Positions 10,219 through 19,082 of a stretch of DNA of 64,000 bases are shown piece by piece. How positions within the stretch are numbered: position 1 is the stretch's first letter; the number at the start of each line of letters is the position of its first letter. The DNA comes from Hyphomicrobiales bacterium (GTDB taxonomy: Bacteria > Pseudomonadota > Alphaproteobacteria > Rhizobiales > Rhizobiaceae). Where the stretch lies: contig PAPH01000005.1 of NCBI GenBank assembly GCA_002709005.1, positions 29,087 to 93,086 of the forward strand, given 5' to 3'. The translations under genes and the position numbers were made by a program. The notes below the pieces were generated by a model, which was not told where the DNA came from, ran no database searches, and saw only the letters and a list, made by a program, of their open reading frames with translations.

Positions 10219-11235
10219 ATGGCGCCGCGTTTCGAAGACCTCCTGCATCCGCGTCCGGAAGGGCTCTATTGCCCGCCGGGCGATTTTTATATTGATCCGG
10301 TGCGTCCGGTCGCAACGGCGCTGATCACCCATGGCCATGCCGATCATGCCCGCGCCGGCCACGACCATGTGATGGCGACCCGCCAGACGCTCGACATCAT
10401 GGCCATCCGCTACGGCGCCGATCACGCGCGGACGACGCAGGTCGCCGCCTATGGAGAGGAAACGCGCATCGGCGACGTGACGGTGCGCTTTCACCCTGCG
10501 GGCCATGTACTCGGTTCTGCGCAGATCGCGGTGGAATGGCAGGGCATGCGGATCGTCGCCTCTGGCGACTACAAGCCGCGCCCCGATCCGACCTGCGCGA
10601 CTTTCGAACCGGTGCCCTGCGACGTCTTCATCACAGAGGCGACTTTCGCGTTGCCGGTGTTCCGGCACCCGGAGGCTGCAAGCGAGATCGCCCGGCTTCT
10701 CGCCTCGCTCCGTCGCAATCCGGACCGCGCCCACATGGTCGGCGCCTATTCGCTCGGCAAGGCGCAGCGGGTGATCCGGCTGTTGCGCGACGCCGGCTAT
10801 TCCGAACCGATCTACATCCACGGCGCGCTCGAGAAGCTCTGCACTTATTATCAGTCACAAGGCATCGAACTGGGTGAGTTGAAACCGGCAACCATCGCCA
10901 ATGGCGAAAAGGGACAGTTCGCCGGTGCCGTTGTGCTCGGCCCGCCCTCGGCCTTCGGCGAGGCATGGGTCCGCCGTTTCCCAGAGCCGCTGATCTCGTT
11001 TGCTTCGGGCTGGATGAGCATCCGTCAGCGCGCCCGGCAGCGCGGTGTCGAACTGCCCCTGATCATCTCCGACCATGCCGACTGGGACGAATTGATCGAG
11101 ACGATCGAACGGATATCACCGCAGGAGGTCTGGGTGACCCACGGCCGTGAGGAAGCGCTCGTCCGGTGGTGCGCGATGAACGACATCACCGCGCGCCCCT
11201 TGCACATGGTCGGCTACGAGGACGAGGCGGAATGA
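10219..11235 (+). CDS. Ligase-associated DNA damage response exonuclease (MBL/beta-CASP fold)
   Basis: THGHADH, AGHVLGS, SDHADW, THG motifs. Confidence 0.9.
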   Translation: MAPRFEDLLHPRPEGLYCPPGDFYIDPVRPVATALITHGHADHARAGHDHVMATRQTLDIMAIRYGADHARTTQVAAYGEETRIGDVTVRFHPAGHVLGSAQIAVEWQGMRIVASGDYKPRPDPTCATFEPVPCDVFITEATFALPVFRHPEAASEIARLLASLRRNPDRAHMVGAYSLGKAQRVIRLLRDAGYSEPIYIHGALEKLCTYYQSQGIELGELKPATIANGEKGQFAGAVVLGPPSAFGEAWVRRFPEPLISFASGWMSIRQRARQRGVELPLIISDHADWDELIETIERISPQEVWVTHGREEALVRWCAMNDITARPLHMVGYEDEAE

Positions 11236-11240
11236 CGGCC

Positions 11241-11561
11241 TTAGCTTACTTCCTCGACGTTGATGGCAGCGATTGGAGTGCCTTCGTAGAGGATGGTGAC
11301 TTCTATGTAGCTTCCACTTTGCGCTCGCTGTTCATAGCGGGCGGGTCGGAAGGTGACCACCTGGCCGCCGACTCCCTCCTCCACGATCGAAAGGTCGAGG
11401 AGCAGAATAGTGGGATTGATGCCTTGTGGGACGGCGGGCTTAAGGACCGGAAATTTGTTGAGGGCGCTCGTTCTCACCTCACCGGTCACGTAGAGCTTGG
11501 GATCGGCGCCGGGCTGCGTGTCAATCCAAGCATGCCAGTTGATGGTTTCTATTTTACTCAT
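11241..11561 (-). CDS. Hypothetical protein, 106 aa
   Basis: Clean ORF with GGA upstream of ATG; fills the gap between exonuclease and ligase; beta-rich-looking sequence (NWHAWID..LYVTGEV..PQGINPTILLLDL). Confidence 0.65.
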   Translation of the reverse strand: MSKIETINWHAWIDTQPGADPKLYVTGEVRTSALNKFPVLKPAVPQGINPTILLLDLSIVEEGVGGQVVTFRPARYEQRAQSGSYIEVTILYEGTPIAAINVEEVS

Positions 11562-11623
11562 TCCAGTATCCCCCAGATTTATTCACGAATAAATGATATC
11601 AAACAAAGTAATGCGAGTCACGC

Positions 11624-13261
11624 ATGCTGATATTTGCCTCGTTATTGCAGAATCTTCTCTTCACTCCGTCCCGCAACGGCAAGATCCGGCTGCTTGTCGA
11701 CCAGTTCCGTACCGTGCCCGATCCCGAACGGGGGCTGGCGCTCGCCGCGATCACCCGCGAACTCGACATTCCCTCGGTCAAGCCGGCGCTTTTGCGCGAA
11801 CTGGTCTCCGGCCGTGTCGATGAGGAACTGTTCCGTCTCTCCTACGACTATGTCGGGGACCTGGCCGAGACGATTGCACTGATCTGGCCGGTGCCGGGCG
11901 GGGAGCGGGAAGGGCGCAACGACGCACCCACGCTCTCAGAGGTGGTGGACGAATTGCTCGCCGCCTCGCGACGGGAAGGCCCGGCCCTGGTGGAGGGCTG
12001 GCTCGACAGGCTTGATGCCTCTGGTCGCTACGCGCTGATCAAGCTGGTGACCGGCGGTTTCCGCATCGGTGTTTCCGCGCGGCTGGCCAAACAGGCGCTC
12101 GCCGAATTTGGACAGGTACCGGTCGAGGAAATCGAGGAGCTGTGGCACGGCCTCGAGCCGCCCTACCAAAGCCTCTTCGCCTGGCTGGAGGGCGCAGCCG
12201 GCAAGCCGGTGAGCGCCGCGCTTGCACCGTTTCGCCCCGTCATGCTGTCCCATCCCGTCGAGGATGCCGATTTCTCCAAGCTGAACGCGGCCGATTTCGC
12301 CGGCGAATGGAAGTGGGACGGTATCCGGGTGCAGGCAACCGTCGACAACGGCGTCAAGCGGCTCTATTCGCGCACCGGCGACGACATTTCCGGTGCCTTC
12401 CCCGATCTCGTCGATGCGCTTTCCTTCGAGGGCACGGTGGATGGCGAACTACTGATCGCGCGTCCGCTGGCGGATGCGAGCGGCATCGAGATCGGTACCT
12501 TCTCGGACCTTCAGCAGCGGCTCAACCGTAAGCGGCTCACGGCAAGGATCCTCAAGGACCATCCGGCGTTTCTCCGGATCTACGATGTTCTCGTCGAGGG
12601 CAGCGAAGACCTCCGTCCTCTGCCGTTCCGCGAGCGCCGGACGCGGCTTGAACGGCTGGCGGGAACATTCGATCCGCGCCGCTTCGATCTCTCGCCGCTT
12701 CTCGATTTTTCGACCTGGGACGACCTTGCCGCCCACCGCGCCGAGCCGCCATTGCCGATGATCGAGGGCGTGATGATCAAGCGCTGGGAGGCGCCGTACC
12801 TTGCGGGTCGGCCGCGTGGCGAATGGTTCAAGTGGAAGCGCGATCCCTTCCTGATCGACGCGGTTCTGCTCTACGCCCAGCGCGGCCACGGCAAGCGCTC
12901 GGGCTTTTATTCGGATTACACTTTCGGCGTCTGGCGCGAGGAGGACGGCGTCCGCGAGCTGGTCCCGGTGGGCAAGGCCTATTTCGGGTTCACCGACGAG
13001 GAACTGAAGAAAATCGACCGCTACGTGCGCAACAACACCATCGAGCGCTTCGGCCCGGTGCGCTCGGTGCGCGCCGAGCCCGACAAGGGACTGGTGCTGG
13101 AAGTGGCGTTCGAAGGCGTGAACCGCTCTACGCGGCACAAATCCGGCGTGGCGATGCGGTTTCCCCGGATCAGCCGGCTGAGATGGGACAAGCCGCCGGC
13201 GGAGGCCGATACGCTCGAGGCCGTCGAGGCACTGATACCCGGGCCTGCCATTGACGCCTGA
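11624..13261 (+). CDS. ATP-dependent DNA ligase (cisplatin damage response type)
   Basis: EWKWDGIR adenylation motif, EGVMIK, WFKWK, MRFPRI. Confidence 0.93.
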   Translation: MLIFASLLQNLLFTPSRNGKIRLLVDQFRTVPDPERGLALAAITRELDIPSVKPALLRELVSGRVDEELFRLSYDYVGDLAETIALIWPVPGGEREGRNDAPTLSEVVDELLAASRREGPALVEGWLDRLDASGRYALIKLVTGGFRIGVSARLAKQALAEFGQVPVEEIEELWHGLEPPYQSLFAWLEGAAGKPVSAALAPFRPVMLSHPVEDADFSKLNAADFAGEWKWDGIRVQATVDNGVKRLYSRTGDDISGAFPDLVDALSFEGTVDGELLIARPLADASGIEIGTFSDLQQRLNRKRLTARILKDHPAFLRIYDVLVEGSEDLRPLPFRERRTRLERLAGTFDPRRFDLSPLLDFSTWDDLAAHRAEPPLPMIEGVMIKRWEAPYLAGRPRGEWFKWKRDPFLIDAVLLYAQRGHGKRSGFYSDYTFGVWREEDGVRELVPVGKAYFGFTDEELKKIDRYVRNNTIERFGPVRSVRAEPDKGLVLEVAFEGVNRSTRHKSGVAMRFPRISRLRWDKPPAEADTLEAVEALIPGPAIDA

Positions 13262-13328
13262 GCTTCGGACACTTGCTCCCGTTCCCGCAAATCCTTATCT
13301 GAAGGACACGATCAACGGAGTGACATCG

Positions 13329-13595
13329 ATGGCCGACCGGGTGAACCGTTTTCTGGGCGATTCAGTTCTGCGCACCGTCCTGAAGCTTCTGGTGGTGTCC
13401 TTCATCGTGGGCGTCATCATGAGTGCCTTCAACTGGTACCCGTTGGACGTCTTCTACTGGATCCGCGATGCGGCGGTGAATCTGTGGAACATGGGCTTTG
13501 CCGCTCTCGGCCGTTTCGGCAGCTACCTCGTGCTCGGCGCCAGCATCGTCATTCCCCTCTTCATCATCATCCGGCTTCTGAACTACCGCCGCTGA
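13329..13595 (+). CDS. Small membrane protein (DUF6460-like)
   Basis: GGAG RBS; MADRVNRFLGDS; two TM segments. Confidence 0.7.
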   Translation: MADRVNRFLGDSVLRTVLKLLVVSFIVGVIMSAFNWYPLDVFYWIRDAAVNLWNMGFAALGRFGSYLVLGASIVIPLFIIIRLLNYRR

Positions 13596-13599
13596 GCGG

Positions 13600-14505
13600 T
13601 CAGCAGAATTCCGCTGCCGTCTCGAAGGTGATGAGATGGCGGCGGGCAACCGCGTCCGCATCGCGGGAATAGCCGCCGCCCATCACCGAGACGACCGGAA
13701 TTCCCCGTTCGCGATAATAGGCGAATACAGCCAGGTCACGGGCCCTCAGCCCGTCGTCGGTCAGCGCCAGTCGCCCCAATCTGTCCTCCTCGTGAGGATC
13801 GACTCCGGCATTGTAGAAGACGATGTCCGGCGCGAAATCGGCGATCGTCTGCGGCAGGAGCCAGTCGAGCATTTCGAGATAGGCCTCGTCGCGCACGCCG
13901 TCGGGCAGTTCGACGTCGATGGTCGAGGAAGGCTTGCGGACGGGATAGTTCTTCGCCGCGTGCATCGAGACTGTTCGGATGCGTGGCTCGTCTGCGCAGA
14001 TACGCGCGGTGCCGTCGCCCTGGTGGACGTCGAGATCGACGACCAGCGCCCGCTCGATCGAGCCGTCCGCCAGAAGCACGTTGGACGCCACGGCAACGTC
14101 ATTGAAGGTGCAGAATCCGGCGCCTGACTCCCGCCGTGCATGATGGCTGCCGCCCGCGGCATTGCAGGCCACACCCGTTTCGAGCGCCAGCCGGGCAGCC
14201 ATGACGGTGCCGGCAGAGGCGAGACGCGCGCGCAGCGACACCCGCTCCGTCACCTCGAAACCGATTTCGCGCTCGATGGCGCGTGGCACGCTGAGCGAGA
14301 TCACCTGGTCGACATAGCTCGGTGCGTGGGCGAGGGACAGCCATGCGGCGGGCGCCGGTGCAGGCTTGATTACGGTTTCCGGCAGCGCGAGTCCGCGGGC
14401 GATGATCAGCTCGTAGACACGGCTGTACTTGCTCATTGGGAAGCGGTGCGCGGGGTCGAACTGCGCGTCGTAATGGGGAGCGTGGACAATCGGCGGCTTG
14501 GGCAT
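13600..14505 (-). CDS. Histone deacetylase family (Zn-dependent) protein
   Basis: GGSHHA, GFCTFND, DLDVHQGDGT, GGGY motifs; start placed at MPKPPIVH. Confidence 0.88.
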   Translation of the reverse strand: MPKPPIVHAPHYDAQFDPAHRFPMSKYSRVYELIIARGLALPETVIKPAPAPAAWLSLAHAPSYVDQVISLSVPRAIEREIGFEVTERVSLRARLASAGTVMAARLALETGVACNAAGGSHHARRESGAGFCTFNDVAVASNVLLADGSIERALVVDLDVHQGDGTARICADEPRIRTVSMHAAKNYPVRKPSSTIDVELPDGVRDEAYLEMLDWLLPQTIADFAPDIVFYNAGVDPHEEDRLGRLALTDDGLRARDLAVFAYYRERGIPVVSVMGGGYSRDADAVARRHLITFETAAEFC

Positions 14506-14642
14506 GGCCGTCAGAATATGGGATACCGTGCCGCTGCCGTCGAGATACGTCAGCATGTTCGAACGAAATGGGAACACGGACTTTACAGTGCTAGCCGAAA
14601 GGCGCAGTTAGGGTCCGATATCGTCTTCCGCCGGATTCCCCA

Positions 14643-16016
14643 ATGGACCAGCCGACCGAACAGCCCCGTTCCGGGGGAAAGCCCTTCGAGGTGACCAACC
14701 GCATGGTCTTTTCCATCGCGGTTCCCATGACTCTGGCCTTTCTGACGACGCCGCTGCTCGGACTGGTGGATACGGCAGTGGTCGGGCGGTTGGGCGATGC
14801 AGCACTCATCGGCGGGCTCGCGGTGGCGGCCATGCTGTTCGACATCGTCTTCGCCGCTTTCAATTTCTTCCGGTCGTCGACCACCGGGCTCGTCGCCCAG
14901 GCGGTAGGGCGCGAGGACGGCCTCGAACAGCAGGCGATCTTCTGGCGGGCGCTCGTCACGGCGGCGATCATCGGCGTGATCGTCATTCTCGTCGGCCCGC
15001 TCCTGATCTCGGCCGGCCTGATCTTCATGAATCCCGGCGCGGCGGTCGAAACCGCGGCGCGAACCTATCTCGAGATCCGGATTCTCTCCGCCCCGGTCGC
15101 GCTCGGAAACTATGTGCTGCTGGGCTACGTGCTGGGCCAGGGGCGCTCGGGGTTGGGGCTCCTCCTGCAGACCATCATCTATGGTACCAATATCGTGCTC
15201 TCGATCTGGTTCGGTCTGGGTCTCGGCTGGGGCCTCCCGGGGGTGGCATGGGCGACGGTGATCTCCGAAGCCGTCGGCTGCGCAGCGGGTCTGGTAATCG
15301 TCATCTCCGGCTTTTCCCCCGGCGAGCGGCCCTCATGGGATCGCATCAGGGACGTCACGGCGCTCAAGCGGCTTCTCTCGCTCAACACCGACATCATGAT
15401 CCGCAGTCTGGGTCTGATGTTCGCCTTCGTCTGGTTCACCCGGCTGGGCGCCGCGTTCGGCGAACTGCAACTGGCCGCCAACGCGATCCTGCTCAATATC
15501 TTCATGGTCGCGGGCTATTATCTCGACGGCCTCGCCACCGCCGCAGAACAGATCGTCGGTCGCGCGATAGGCGCGCATCATCAACCCGCCTTTCGCCGGG
15601 CCATCCGGCTGACGACGCTCTGGAGTTTCCTGCTCGCCGGTCTGACCACGCTCTTCTTCCTCGCCTTTGGCGAAGGGGTGATCGCCCTTCTGACCACCGT
15701 GGAAGAGGTGCGGGTGATGGCCGACGCCTTCCTCCCCTGGGCCGCGCTCACCGCGCTCACCGGCGCGCTCGCCTTCGAAATGGACGGGGTCTTCATCGGC
15801 GCCACCTGGTCGCGCGACATGCGCAACATGATGGTGGTCGTGCTCGCACTCTTCATCGCCTTGGCCCATGTTCTGGGCAACGCCTATGGCAATCACGGCC
15901 TCTGGGCGGCGCTCAACATCTTTCTCGCCGCGCGCGGGCTCTTCCTGCTCGCCGTCCTGCCGCGGCGGACAAGGGAAACATTCGGCGCGGCCTATTCCAG
16001 CGGACGCGCCGCGTAA
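14643..16016 (+). CDS. MATE family efflux transporter (DinF-like)
   Basis: PLLGLVDTAVVGRLG motif; about 12 TM segments. Confidence 0.9.
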   Translation: MDQPTEQPRSGGKPFEVTNRMVFSIAVPMTLAFLTTPLLGLVDTAVVGRLGDAALIGGLAVAAMLFDIVFAAFNFFRSSTTGLVAQAVGREDGLEQQAIFWRALVTAAIIGVIVILVGPLLISAGLIFMNPGAAVETAARTYLEIRILSAPVALGNYVLLGYVLGQGRSGLGLLLQTIIYGTNIVLSIWFGLGLGWGLPGVAWATVISEAVGCAAGLVIVISGFSPGERPSWDRIRDVTALKRLLSLNTDIMIRSLGLMFAFVWFTRLGAAFGELQLAANAILLNIFMVAGYYLDGLATAAEQIVGRAIGAHHQPAFRRAIRLTTLWSFLLAGLTTLFFLAFGEGVIALLTTVEEVRVMADAFLPWAALTALTGALAFEMDGVFIGATWSRDMRNMMVVVLALFIALAHVLGNAYGNHGLWAALNIFLAARGLFLLAVLPRRTRETFGAAYSSGRAA

Positions 16017-17071
16017 CCGGCGGTTTTCGTATCGCGGATCGCCGACAGGCTTTCGAGCCCCTCCCGCTCGCAGATCTCCTTCAGACCATCGAGAATGCGC
16101 ACCGGCAGCATTGGGCCGCCATAGATGAAGCCGGTATAGATCTGGATCAAATCGGCGCCGGCGCGCATCTTTTCGGCGGCTGTCTCGGCGCTCTCGATGC
16201 CGCCGACGCCGATCAACGGCATGTCGGGGCCGACGCGCGCGCGCATCTTGGCCAGAACGATCGTTGATCGCAGGAAGACCGGACGTCCGGAAAGCCCGCC
16301 GGCCTGGCCGGCATTGCGGGCGCCCTCCACTTCGCGACGTGACAGTGTGGTGTTGGAAATGACGATGCCGTCGATTTCCCGCGCCACGCTTTCCTCGGCG
16401 ATCGCGTCGATCTCGTCCTCTGCCAGATCCGGCGCGATCTTCAAGAAAACCGGGCGGCGGACCGGCTGGCGGTCGCGCTCTTCAAGAATCCGCTCGAACA
16501 GTTCCTTGAGGCTTTGGCGCGTCTGCAGGCTTCTCAGGCCGGGCGTGTTTGGCGAGGAGATGTTGGCGGTGAAATAGTCGGCAACCTCGTTGAACACCTT
16601 GATGCCGGTCACGTAGTCGCCGATGCGGTCCTCGCTGTCCTTGTTGGCGCCGATATTGACGCCGAGAATGCCCTTGGGGCTCTTGCCGCGGAGGCGCGAG
16701 AGGACTTCCGCGTGACCCTCATTGTTGAAGCCCATGCGGTTGATGATGGCGCGGTGGCCCGGCAGGCGGTAAAGCCGCGGCGCGGGGTTGCCCTCCTGTG
16801 CCTTCGGCGTCACCGAGCCGATCTCAACCGCGCCGAAACCGAGGCGGAAGAGCCCGGGCACGGCCCTGGCGTTCTTGTCGAAACCGGCGGCCATGCCGAG
16901 CGGATTGGAAAATTTCAGACCGGCCACTGTGGATGACAGCCGGCTGTCGTACGGAATGTCGGGGCGAGGTCCGTAGCCGGACGACAGCGCCCTGATCGCC
17001 AGATTGTGGGCCTGTTCGGTGGGCAGCGCGAACAACAGATCCTTTCCGAAGTCGTAGAACGCGTCGCTCAT
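15992..17071 (-). CDS. pyrD: Quinone-dependent dihydroorotate dehydrogenase
   Basis: AAGFDKN, NRMGFNN, NISSPNTPGLR, GGLSG motifs. Confidence 0.95.
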   Translation of the reverse strand: MSDAFYDFGKDLLFALPTEQAHNLAIRALSSGYGPRPDIPYDSRLSSTVAGLKFSNPLGMAAGFDKNARAVPGLFRLGFGAVEIGSVTPKAQEGNPAPRLYRLPGHRAIINRMGFNNEGHAEVLSRLRGKSPKGILGVNIGANKDSEDRIGDYVTGIKVFNEVADYFTANISSPNTPGLRSLQTRQSLKELFERILEERDRQPVRRPVFLKIAPDLAEDEIDAIAEESVAREIDGIVISNTTLSRREVEGARNAGQAGGLSGRPVFLRSTIVLAKMRARVGPDMPLIGVGGIESAETAAEKMRAGADLIQIYTGFIYGGPMLPVRILDGLKEICEREGLESLSAIRDTKTAGYAARPLE

Positions 17072-17415
17072 TGCTCCATCTCCGGAAAATCGTGGCCGCC
17101 GTCATCGTTCAGCGGCAGCGGCTTGATCCAGCGGACAGCGGAGAGCGGTAGCGCCGCATAGAGATGGGGAAACAGCGCTCCACCACGCGAGGGTTCATAG
17201 ACCAGTTTCTCGCCGAGGGCGTCTGCATCGATGGCGACGAGCAGAAGGTCGTCCTGGCCTTTGAAATGCTTGGCCGCGGTTTCCCGCGCCTGTTCGGCCG
17301 TGGAGAAATGAATGAAGCCGTCGGCGTGGTCGACCGGCGCGCCCTCGAAGACGCCTTTCTCCTCGGCTTCGCGCCAGAGATCGCGCGGCGCGATCTTGTA
17401 GATGGTGGGATTCAT
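17068..17415 (-). CDS. DUF952 family protein
   Basis: IYKI, DGFIHFST, LFPHLY motifs; overlaps the pyrD start. Confidence 0.88.
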   Translation of the reverse strand: MNPTIYKIAPRDLWREAEEKGVFEGAPVDHADGFIHFSTAEQARETAAKHFKGQDDLLLVAIDADALGEKLVYEPSRGGALFPHLYAALPLSAVRWIKPLPLNDDGGHDFPEMEQ

Positions 17416-17515
17416 TGGTCCGCCCGTGATTGCCTGCTATGATTCCGCAAAAGGCCTTACCCGATTTCCCGCAGGATTGCATGGGAGGATGAGGCCTTTC
17501 GACAGGGAGGTCCAA

Positions 17516-17983
17516 ATGAACAAGACACTCGGTCCGATGCTGATCGCCGGTTGTGCGCTTGGCTTCGTCACGGTTCTGCCGGCATCGGCGCAGGATACGA
17601 CCGCGTCCGGCCGCTACGTCTTGGAGAAGACCGACGACGGTCTCGTCCGTCTCGATACGCTGACCGGCGAATTGTCCGTCTGTGAGGAGAGGTCGGGGCA
17701 GGTGATCTGCAAGCTGCCCGCCGACGAGCGCCGGGCGGTCAACGAGCACATCGCCGATCTCGAAGGCCGCATCGCCGCGCTCGAAGCGAGGGTCGAGGCG
17801 CTGGAAGCCGGCCGGAACGGCAGCGGCGGTTCCAACGCCCTGCCCAGCGACGAGGAACTCGATGAAGCCTTCAACATGATGGAGAAGTTCATCTACCGCT
17901 TCTTCGACGTCTTCAAGGATCTCGACAAGCGCAAGGATACGCCCGCCGAGCCCGGTGAAGGCGACATGCCGCGCAAGACATGA
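17516..17983 (+). CDS. Exported hypothetical protein with coiled coil
   Basis: GGGAGG RBS; signal peptide; RLDTLTGELSVC motif. Confidence 0.7.
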   Translation: MNKTLGPMLIAGCALGFVTVLPASAQDTTASGRYVLEKTDDGLVRLDTLTGELSVCEERSGQVICKLPADERRAVNEHIADLEGRIAALEARVEALEAGRNGSGGSNALPSDEELDEAFNMMEKFIYRFFDVFKDLDKRKDTPAEPGEGDMPRKT

Positions 17984-18306
17984 GGGCTCGCGGAATGACG
18001 TTGTTGCGCCTGATACTTGCCGCATTGGCGATCGCTTTCGCCATTCTCATCGTCTGGGCGATCGGTTCGGGCACCTTCTCGGAAGCCGGTGCCTGGCTGA
18101 TGAGCGAGCCCTGGGGTCTGGTCAGCATGGCCGATCTCTATCTCGGCTTCCTCCTGTCCTCGCTCGTGATCTTCCTGTTCGAGCGGAGGTGGTGGATCGC
18201 GCTTCTGTGGATCCTTCCGATTCCGATCCTAGGCAATGTCTGGACCGCGGTCTGGTTCGTCTGGCGCTTGCCGGAAATCGCCCGGCGCCTGAGAGCGTCG
18301 GCGTGA
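17980..18306 (+). CDS. Small membrane protein (DUF1475-like)
   Basis: ATGA overlap; several TM segments; PWG..DLYLGF motif. Confidence 0.6.
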   Translation: MRARGMTLLRLILAALAIAFAILIVWAIGSGTFSEAGAWLMSEPWGLVSMADLYLGFLLSSLVIFLFERRWWIALLWILPIPILGNVWTAVWFVWRLPEIARRLRASA

Positions 18307-18399
18307 GAAGGCGGGATCCAATCACGGTAGTATAATGAAGCAATTTCTTGCAAAGCCTGTATTTCCGGACTATTGCGAATCTCGGGGGGAATACGTGGC

Positions 18400-19056
18400 A
18401 TGACGCAACGGACGTTCATTATCGCCGACGATCACCCGCTTTTCCGGGGGGCCATGAGGCAGGCGCTGGAAGGAACGGGCGAGGAAACGGACATCATCGA
18501 GGCGGGCGATCTCGACCATGCGCGCAAGGCGGCGGCCGATCATCCCGACTGCGATCTCATCCTTCTCGATCTCACCATGCCCGGTGTTTCCGGCCTCTCC
18601 GGCCTGATCGCCTTCAGGGCGGAATTCGCGAGCCTGCCCGTGGTGGTGGTTTCCGCCACCGACGACGCGACCACCATCCGCCGCGCCCTGGAACTCGGAG
18701 CGTCCGGGTTCATCTCGAAATCCGCCAGCATCGAGGAAATCCGCACCGGCGTGCGCGCGGTTCTCGACGGCGATGTCTACACGCCGGCGGGGATCGACCT
18801 CGGAGCCGAGCATGACCCGGAAATGGCGGCTCTGATTTCGCGTCTCAACACCCTGACCCCGCAGCAGGGCAGGGTGCTTGGCATGCTCGCAGAAGGCCTG
18901 CTCAACAAGCAGATCGCCTATGAGCTTTCGGTCTCCGAGGCCACGATCAAGGCACATGTCTCGGCGGTGCTCCAGAAGCTCGGCGTCGACAGCCGGACCC
19001 AGGCGGTCATCCAGCTCCAGAAGATCGGGGCCGAAACGCTCGCCAACGGCGACTAG
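18400..19056 (+). CDS. NarL/LuxR-family response regulator (CrbR/ErdR-like)
   Basis: IADDHPLFR, LLDL receiver; LTPQQ..GLLNKQIA..TIKAHVS HTH; convergent with the SSS-fused kinase. Confidence 0.9.
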   Translation: MTQRTFIIADDHPLFRGAMRQALEGTGEETDIIEAGDLDHARKAAADHPDCDLILLDLTMPGVSGLSGLIAFRAEFASLPVVVVSATDDATTIRRALELGASGFISKSASIEEIRTGVRAVLDGDVYTPAGIDLGAEHDPEMAALISRLNTLTPQQGRVLGMLAEGLLNKQIAYELSVSEATIKAHVSAVLQKLGVDSRTQAVIQLQKIGAETLANGD

Positions 19057-19082
19057 AGCATCCTGCCTTCAAGGCCGTCTGA

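Noticed and set aside
11166-11630. 154-aa plus-strand ORF bridging exonuclease and ligase
   Set aside because: It overlaps both neighbours; the minus-strand 106-aa ORF fits the gap cleanly and looks more protein-like.
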